DNA from: Moraxella nasovis
GTDB taxonomy: Bacteria > Pseudomonadota > Gammaproteobacteria > Pseudomonadales > Moraxellaceae
Assembly: GCF_022701215.1 (NCBI RefSeq)
Contig: NZ_CP089976.1
Span: forward strand, 1,800,001-1,832,000
Reading direction: 5' to 3'
Length of the DNA: 32,000 nucleotides
Shown piece after piece: positions 26,360-32,000 of this stretch; the first letter of the stretch is position 1; every line of letters begins with the position of its first letter. Made by a program: the position numbers and the translations under genes. Under the pieces are notes generated by a model, which was not told the origin of the DNA, ran no database searches, and was given only the letters and a program-made list of their open reading frames with translations.

Positions 26360-26402
26360 AAACACAAAAAACCGTTTGCCTGCAAACCATACAGACAAAC
26401 GG
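26360..26402 (-). terminator. Intra-operon hairpin (attenuator/partial terminator) between dppA and dppB
   Basis: On the minus strand, ccgtttg...caaacgg (26372-26378 and 26396-26402) is followed by TTTTTTGTGTTTTT. It lies in a 244-bp dppA-dppB spacer. Confidence 0.55.
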
Positions 26403-26414
26403 CAAAGCATCTTA

Positions 26415-28055
26415 TTATTCCACGCTAACACCTTCAAAACGTGTGTTACCAAGTGGCTCAAGCACAAAGCCTTTAACGTTCTTAGCAAGCAGTACATCAG
26501 TTACTGAGTGTGCCAAGTAGATTTGTGGCACGTCTTTAGCGATGATACGCTGTGCTTCGATGTATTTTTTGCTACGTTCATCTTGGTCTGTGATGCTACG
26601 AGCATCTACTACTAGGCTGTCAAATGCTTTATTGCAATAACGAGCGTAGTTACTGCCACCTACGCCATTACAGCTTAATAGGTTGCCTAGCCAGTTATCA
26701 GGGTCACCATTATCACCTGTCCAGCCGATTAGAACAGCATCAGGCTCACCGCTTTTGGCACGTTGTAGGTACTCGCCCCACTCATAAGTTACCAATTTTG
26801 CTTTAATACCTGCTTTTGCCCAATCTGCTTGAATCATCTCAGCCATAAGCTTGGCATTTGGGTTGTATGGTCGTTGTACAGGCATGTACCACAAATCTAT
26901 TTCTAGATCTGTTGCTCCTGCTTCGGCAAGTAGGGCTTTGGCTTTTTCGGTGTTAAACTCAGACGGCTTAAGTTCGGTATCCACACCCCATTGGCTAGGT
27001 GGTAGTAGACCTGCTGCACGAGTACCTGCACCTGCATAAACTGCTTGAATGATGGCATCTTTATCAATCGCTAAATCTAGGGCTTGACGAACACGAGCAT
27101 CAGCAAGTTTTGGTTTTTCTACGTTAAGAGCCATGTAACCTGTATTATAGCCTTCACGAGATTCGACATTAATTTTACCAGACTTTTTAGCTGCTTCAAT
27201 CTCAGCCACTTTATTGTAACGAGAGACGCTACATTCGCCTGCTTCCATTTTTTGGGCACGTACACCTGAGTCTTTGGTTATGGCGAAAATCAAGTTATCT
27301 AAATGAACGATGTCTTTATTCCAGTAATCTGGGTGCTTGACATAGCGGATTTGTTGGTCTTTTTGGTAAGATTTTAAAATAAAAGGACCTGTACCGACAG
27401 GCTCAGTGTTTAGATTGGCAGCTTTACCGTCAGCTGCTAGCTTGTCTGCGTATTCTGCTGAATGAATATAAGCGAACGGCATGGCAAGGTTGGATAAGAA
27501 AGTCGCATTCACGTCATTTAGCACGACTTTAACGGTGTGATCATCCACCTTTTCTACCGACTTAATCAGCTCAGGCAGTGCCATATCACTAGCGTATGGG
27601 AATTCTGCAGGATAAGCCTTATTAAATGGTAAATCTTTATCAGTTAGGCGTTTTAGGGTGAATACCACATCATCGGCATTAAAATCACGGCTTGGCGTGA
27701 AGTAGTCGGTGGTGTGGAACTTCACGCCAGGGCGTAAATGAAAAGTATAGGTTAGCCCATCTTCTGAGATATCCCATTTTTCTGCCAAAGAAGGCTCAAG
27801 CTCAGTAGTGCCGATTTTAAACTCAACAAGACCGTTAAATAAGGTATGTGCAGATGCATCAAATGATGTGCCATCGGTGAACTGGGCATGATCAAAGCCA
27901 CCAGGACTACCTTCTGAGCAGTAAACTAAGGTTTTAGAACCATTGGCACTACCGCTGTCAGTTGTGGTCTTATCACCGCCACCGCAGGCAGTTAGTCCGA
28001 CAGCACCAGCGACAATAGTGGCTAATGTAGTCAGCTTAAAAAAAGGCGTTTTCAT
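26415..28055 (-). CDS. dppA: Dipeptide-binding periplasmic protein DppA, predicted lipoprotein
   Basis: Strongly colinear with E. coli DppA (KTLVYCSEGSP.GF, LVEFKIGTTE, PVQRPYNPNA..MAEMIQADWAK.G..AK.VTYEWGEYL.RAK, GWTGDNGDPDN). The ATG at 28055 has AAGGAA upstream. The N-terminus has lipobox LTAC. Confidence 0.93.
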   Translation of the reverse strand: MKTPFFKLTTLATIVAGAVGLTACGGGDKTTTDSGSANGSKTLVYCSEGSPGGFDHAQFTDGTSFDASAHTLFNGLVEFKIGTTELEPSLAEKWDISEDGLTYTFHLRPGVKFHTTDYFTPSRDFNADDVVFTLKRLTDKDLPFNKAYPAEFPYASDMALPELIKSVEKVDDHTVKVVLNDVNATFLSNLAMPFAYIHSAEYADKLAADGKAANLNTEPVGTGPFILKSYQKDQQIRYVKHPDYWNKDIVHLDNLIFAITKDSGVRAQKMEAGECSVSRYNKVAEIEAAKKSGKINVESREGYNTGYMALNVEKPKLADARVRQALDLAIDKDAIIQAVYAGAGTRAAGLLPPSQWGVDTELKPSEFNTEKAKALLAEAGATDLEIDLWYMPVQRPYNPNAKLMAEMIQADWAKAGIKAKLVTYEWGEYLQRAKSGEPDAVLIGWTGDNGDPDNWLGNLLSCNGVGGSNYARYCNKAFDSLVVDARSITDQDERSKKYIEAQRIIAKDVPQIYLAHSVTDVLLAKNVKGFVLEPLGNTRFEGVSVE

Positions 28056-28385
28056 AAACACTTCCTTAATGTTTTATGGGGAGGGGGATGCTAAATTAAT
28101 CATTCAACAAGCGTGTAGTATAGCCATAAAATAAACATTCTGCAATAGCAAGTAGGCTATTGTTTGTTTGCATTTTAAATGAAATTTTCATTCCAACCAT
28201 CAGCGTGTTTGTCGTGCTTATTCTTAGATAAAAAAATCTACATAACAAATCTACTCATGGCATAAGATGAATCAAAAATAGTTATTGCCAAAAATATTTA
28301 GTTGTTATTTTTACCAAAAGTGTTCAAACTTTAGATATTAGAAGGTTAGCTTCGTCAATGAGTGTCGTTTATTGGTATGGCATTT

Positions 28386-28976
28386 TTATTTATTTTTTAG
28401 CCAGCTGGCATCTTCTTCACTTAGACGCCATCGCCCCTTTTTCTTGGAAGTCGTGCGACTACTAAAAATAGTATTGCCTAGTAGTTTTGACATCGAGTGG
28501 CTAGAATGAGCATGACAAATGGCACATGCCAAGCCATCAGCGGCATCGGCTTGGGGTACGACCGATAGGGATAAAATGCGGCACACCATAGCCGAAACTT
28601 GCTCTTTATCGGCTGCACCATAGCCACAGACGGCTTGTTTGATTTGGCGAGCAGTATATTCAGATACAGTAAGATTAAGTGCAGTCAGTGCAGCGATGGC
28701 AGCACCACGAGCTTGACCAAGCTTTAGGGCAGAGTCTGGATTGCTTGCCATAAAGACTTGTTCCACAGCAGCATACATTGTAGTTTGTGTGTACTTTTGG
28801 TGATGGGCGACGATACGAGATACGCCGCCAAAAATCTGGGCGATGCGTGTCGGCATATCGCTACTGTCGGTACGGATTGTGCCTGCATCGATAAAAGTGA
28901 GTTTGTCGGCGTGTGTGCTGATGATGCCATAGCCTGTCATGCGAGAACCGGGGTCAATGCCAATAATGAGCGTCAT
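28386..28976 (-). CDS. ruvC: Crossover junction endodeoxyribonuclease RuvC
   Basis: IIGIDPGSRMTGYGII, AVEQVFMA.NPDSALKLGQARGAAI and PQADAADGLA match RuvC catalytic and structural motifs. It has a basic C-terminal extension of about 20 aa relative to E. coli. Confidence 0.9.
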   Translation of the reverse strand: MTLIIGIDPGSRMTGYGIISTHADKLTFIDAGTIRTDSSDMPTRIAQIFGGVSRIVAHHQKYTQTTMYAAVEQVFMASNPDSALKLGQARGAAIAALTALNLTVSEYTARQIKQAVCGYGAADKEQVSAMVCRILSLSVVPQADAADGLACAICHAHSSHSMSKLLGNTIFSSRTTSKKKGRWRLSEEDASWLKNK

Positions 28977-29104
28977 AATGGTTGGGTAACTGCCTGAAGT
29001 TTGTTATAATGGGGTTTATTCATTTCAATAATTATGAAAACCGATTGAAAATGGGTGATTACGCCCAAATTATAGCACGGTTGATTTATTAAAAAGGAAA
29101 AAAT

Positions 29105-29695
29105 ATGGGTGCAGTTGTTGGCATTGCTTTAGTGTGGTTTATCATTGAGATGCTATTGTGGTATTTAGTAGCTCAGTTTATTAGTGGATGGTGGGTGTTT
29201 TTTTGGTTTATCATCGCAGCGGTGATTGGTATTTCGCTCATTAAAAAAGCGGCTGGTACCTTAAACCCAATGGCACAGCAAATGAAAAATGGCGTTATCC
29301 CTAACCCTGCTAATCAGCCACCAGAATCTACCATCGCTAAATCAGTGGCATCAGGCATTGCAGGCTTACTGTTTTTATTGCCGGGTCTATTGACAGATTT
29401 GGGTGCGGTGCTGATTATGTTGCCATTTGTTCAGCGTAAACTGACTGCTGCTGCTAAGAATTACGCTTTAAAAAACCAAGATAAGATGATGGCGATGATG
29501 GCAAAGCAAATGGGCGGTAATGGCATGGGTGGTATGAGTGGCAATCCGTTCGGCGGTAATCCATTTGGTCAAGCCAATCCATTTGGCGGCAATCCATTTG
29601 GTGGTGGTAAGTTTGGTAATTCAACGGTTGTTGATGGCGAAGCTAAAACTGTCAAGACAGACGTTAAGCGCATCAAGTCAGCAAATGACGAATGA
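29105..29695 (+). CDS. fxsA: FxsA-family inner-membrane protein with a C-terminal Gly/Asn/Pro/Phe repeat tail
   Basis: The N-terminal TM hairpin, then GLLFLLPGLLTDLGAVLIMLPFVQRKL, match the FxsA (UPF0716) signature. The tail is GNPFGGNPFGQANPFGGNPFGGGKFG. Confidence 0.75.
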   Translation: MGAVVGIALVWFIIEMLLWYLVAQFISGWWVFFWFIIAAVIGISLIKKAAGTLNPMAQQMKNGVIPNPANQPPESTIAKSVASGIAGLLFLLPGLLTDLGAVLIMLPFVQRKLTAAAKNYALKNQDKMMAMMAKQMGGNGMGGMSGNPFGGNPFGQANPFGGNPFGGGKFGNSTVVDGEAKTVKTDVKRIKSANDE

Positions 29696-29712
29696 CGAAT
29701 AATCTTAAGCCT

Positions 29713-29746
29713 AAAAAAAGTCAATATTTTGATATTGACTTTTTTT
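29713..29746. terminator. Bidirectional hairpin terminator between fxsA and the convergent LysR gene
   Basis: agtcaatat (29719-29727) pairs with atattgact (29732-29740), with A7 and T7 flanks. Confidence 0.8.
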
Positions 29747-29781
29747 GTTGGGTGAAAACTATCAACACATCAAAGATTATC

Positions 29782-30720
29782 TTAGCGAAATTGGTTTTGA
29801 CACAGTTTGATAAACTCTTGACCAAACTGGCGAATCTCACTATCATCACGCACAGCAATCCAGCTGGTGAAGCGACCAAAGTGCAACACTGGAATAGCGA
29901 CCAAATCAGGATAGTGCGAAGGTTCATACGCCATCTCAGCGATGATACCCACACCAAGCCCAGTAGATACATAGGTGCTGATGACATCAGCGTCAAGTGC
30001 TGACAGCACGATGTCAGGCGATAACCCTGCTTTTGCAAAAGTCTTATCAATTGCTCCACGTCCAGTAAAGCCACCGTGATAGGTAATGATAGGGTAGCTT
30101 GCCAAGTTTGGTAGGTCCACACCATCTGTCACGCCTGCAAACTTGGCAAGCTCATGATTTTTTGGCACGACAACAACGTGCGACCAGTCATAATAACGAT
30201 GGCAACGAAGCACGCTGTTATTAAGTAGGCTTTCGGTGGCAATACCAACATCTGCTTGTCCACGGATTACCATGTGGGCGATGGTCTCAGGATCAGCTTG
30301 TTGTAGAACAAGATTCACCTTAGGGAACTTATCACGAAACTGCTTGACGATTTTTGGTAGAACATAGCGAGCTTGGGTGTGTGTTGTTGCGACGATGAGC
30401 GTGCCTTCTTCGGCGTTATTAAAATCAAGGCTAAGATTCTCAATGGTGCGAATCTCAGCAAAAATCGCTTCAATGTGCGGCAAAAGCTGCTTGCCAATCG
30501 GTGTTAAGCCTGTCAAACGCTTGCCTTGGCGGGTGAATACATCAGCTTTTAGTTGACTTTCAAGGGCGGCAATCTGCTTGGATAGGCTAGATTGACTCGT
30601 GTGAAGCAGGTCGGCAGCTTGGCTAAGATTATAGCTGTTTACGACCGTATGCCAGACGGTTTCAAGCTGCTTTAACTGAATTTGTAAATGTCTTTGGTTA
30701 ATAACAACATCAATTGCCAT
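29782..30720 (-). CDS. cysB: LysR-family transcriptional regulator, CysB-like
   Basis: The HTH is NLSQAADLLHTSQSSLSKQIAALESQL. GTLIVATTHTQARYVLPKIVKQFRDKFPKVNLVLQQADPETIA..V..GQADVGIATE is closely colinear with E. coli CysB/Cbl. I cannot separate CysB from Cbl. Confidence 0.8.
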   Translation of the reverse strand: MAIDVVINQRHLQIQLKQLETVWHTVVNSYNLSQAADLLHTSQSSLSKQIAALESQLKADVFTRQGKRLTGLTPIGKQLLPHIEAIFAEIRTIENLSLDFNNAEEGTLIVATTHTQARYVLPKIVKQFRDKFPKVNLVLQQADPETIAHMVIRGQADVGIATESLLNNSVLRCHRYYDWSHVVVVPKNHELAKFAGVTDGVDLPNLASYPIITYHGGFTGRGAIDKTFAKAGLSPDIVLSALDADVISTYVSTGLGVGIIAEMAYEPSHYPDLVAIPVLHFGRFTSWIAVRDDSEIRQFGQEFIKLCQNQFR

Positions 30721-30842
30721 AAAATGCCTAGGTGGTAAAATTTACATTATCCAAAAAATATCATCATAAATCAAGCAAATAAATTGCAACAAATTTAAGT
30801 ATCGTCTAATATGTGCATATTTTAATCATTGTGTGAAATCAG

Positions 30843-32000
30843 ATGAAAAACTTTATCTCTAGCCAAGCTAAGCCTACGGGCTTGACTGCCTTTAAGGTAG
30901 CTTATTTAAACCGTGAAGCGTTATCGCTCTTATTTTTAGGCTTTAGTGCAGGCGTGCCGATATTACTAATTTTTAGCAGCCTTGGGCTTTGGCTAAGAGA
31001 AGCTGGCGTAGATAAGAGTACGGTTACAATGTTTAGCTGGGCGGCTCTTGGGTATTCATTTAAGTTTATTTGGTCACCACTTGTGGATATGTTGCGATTG
31101 CCCATGCTGTCAAGCTGGCTTGGACATCGGCGATCATGGCTATTAATCACGCAGATTTTTATCATTTTGGCGATTGTGCTGATGGCGATGACCGACCCAA
31201 CGGGGATAAATCTAAGCGTGATGGCAGCAGGGGCAGTATTGCTTGGATTTTCGGCAGCCACCCAAGATATTGTCATTGATGCTTATCGAATCGAATCGGC
31301 TCCTAGCGAAATGCAGACCGCTTTATCAGCAAGCTATGTGGCAGGCTATCGTATCGGTATGATCGTCTCTGGGGCAGGGGCGTTATATTTGGCGGACTTT
31401 TTTGGCTCAAGCAGTGAAGTTTATAATTATCTAGCATGGCAAAAAACTTATCTGATTATGGGGCTTGTTATGGGGCTTGCTATCTTGACGACACTGACCA
31501 TACGAGAGCCTTATGCTGTCTTTGAAGGCAAAAAGCAGACGCTTAATGAAAGGATTGTGGGCATCTATATCGGACTACTTTGTGTGCCTGCCTTAGTGGT
31601 TGGCATACCATTTTTGGTGTTGAAAATTGCAACATCTTTAGCGGGTGGCGAGATTGCATTACCGAGCGTTATTGCCACGGCTTTGATTTATTATTTTGGT
31701 GCATTATTGGCAATTTTACCCATCTTAATTGGATTTTTAATGATAAATCAAGCTAAGTTTCATCAAGTTTTACCAATAGCTTTAGAGCAAAAGCAATACC
31801 GATTTAGCAAAGCCGATTATGTGCGACTGGTAGCCGTTTTTGCATTGTCTGTCATTGGTTTTATTGTTAGTTATCGTATGATTGGTAGCGTTTTGCCGAG
31901 TGTTGAAGATGTGGCTGTGAGTTTTTTGTTGGGCTGTGTGCAGTTTATTGGCAGCATCTTGGTGATGGCAGGCTTAGGAACAATACTTGTAAAAATGGGT
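30843..32000 (+). CDS. ampG: AmpG-family muropeptide (anhydromuropeptide) MFS permease; 3' end outside window
   Basis: The frame is open from the ATG at 30843 to the window end, so it is absent from the ORF track for lack of a stop. LFLGFSAGVPILLIFSSLGLWLREAGVDKSTVTMFSWAALGYSFKFIWSPLVD matches the AmpG N-terminal signature (FKFLWSPLMD). It is multi-TM throughout. Confidence 0.8.
   Translation, partial: MKNFISSQAKPTGLTAFKVAYLNREALSLLFLGFSAGVPILLIFSSLGLWLREAGVDKSTVTMFSWAALGYSFKFIWSPLVDMLRLPMLSSWLGHRRSWLLITQIFIILAIVLMAMTDPTGINLSVMAAGAVLLGFSAATQDIVIDAYRIESAPSEMQTALSASYVAGYRIGMIVSGAGALYLADFFGSSSEVYNYLAWQKTYLIMGLVMGLAILTTLTIREPYAVFEGKKQTLNERIVGIYIGLLCVPALVVGIPFLVLKIATSLAGGEIALPSVIATALIYYFGALLAILPILIGFLMINQAKFHQVLPIALEQKQYRFSKADYVRLVAVFALSVIGFIVSYRMIGSVLPSVEDVAVSFLLGCVQFIGSILVMAGLGTILVKMG

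Noticed and set aside
26332-26520. 62-aa plus-strand ORF in the dppA-dppB spacer.
   Set aside because: It overlaps the dppA 3' end and the intra-operon hairpin, has no RBS and shows no coding-like features.
28178-28192. Palindrome AATGAAATTTTCATT upstream of dppA, as a possible Fur- or ArgR-type box.
   Set aside because: It only loosely resembles either consensus. A short AT-rich palindrome in an AT-rich promoter region is expected by chance, so I cannot assign a regulator.
29692-30125. ORFs 29692-30003 (+) and 29721-30125 (-) at the fxsA/cysB junction.
   Set aside because: They overlap the bidirectional terminator and the 3' part of the well-supported CysB-like gene in other frames. They have no motifs, so they are likely spurious.
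30902-31279. ORFs 30902-31276 (-) and 31070-31279 (+).
   Set aside because: Both lie inside the AmpG reading frame, which is open from 30843 to the window end and carries the AmpG N-terminal signature. They are shadow ORFs.

Overview
The window looks like a chromosomal segment from a moderately AT-rich gammaproteobacterium. Gene content and protein similarities suggest Moraxellaceae or Moraxella-like; this is inference, since no marker RNA is present. Most of it is ordinary core genome: a FadL-family OMP (partial), rpe, putA, an L,D-transpeptidase, argF, alr, dnaB, pdxA, a 5-formyl-THF cyclo-ligase, cydDC, dppABCDF, ruvC, fxsA, a cysB-like LysR regulator and ampG (partial). The exception is a visibly more AT-rich accessory islet of about 4.4 kb (about 17.8-22.3 kb) between the cydDC-side genes and dppF. 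It holds an orphan promoter/terminator unit (candidate sRNA or 29-aa peptide), an RHH/ParE-type toxin-antitoxin pair, and a frameshifted remnant of a YhcG/DUF1016 PDDEXK nuclease. Its main content is an intact, tightly coupled three-gene operon: HAD-family phosphatase, then ComF-type phosphoribosyltransferase, then a DprA/SLOG-like protein. A multiply disrupted XRE regulator gene sits divergently upstream of that operon. The PRTase + DprA-like pair resembles the two-gene ShosTA / DprA-PRTase anti-phage toxin-antitoxin modules. The translationally coupled HAD gene is not part of that module as I know it, so this is the best candidate for an undescribed variant system. No rRNA, tRNA, CRISPR array, integrase or transposase was seen.
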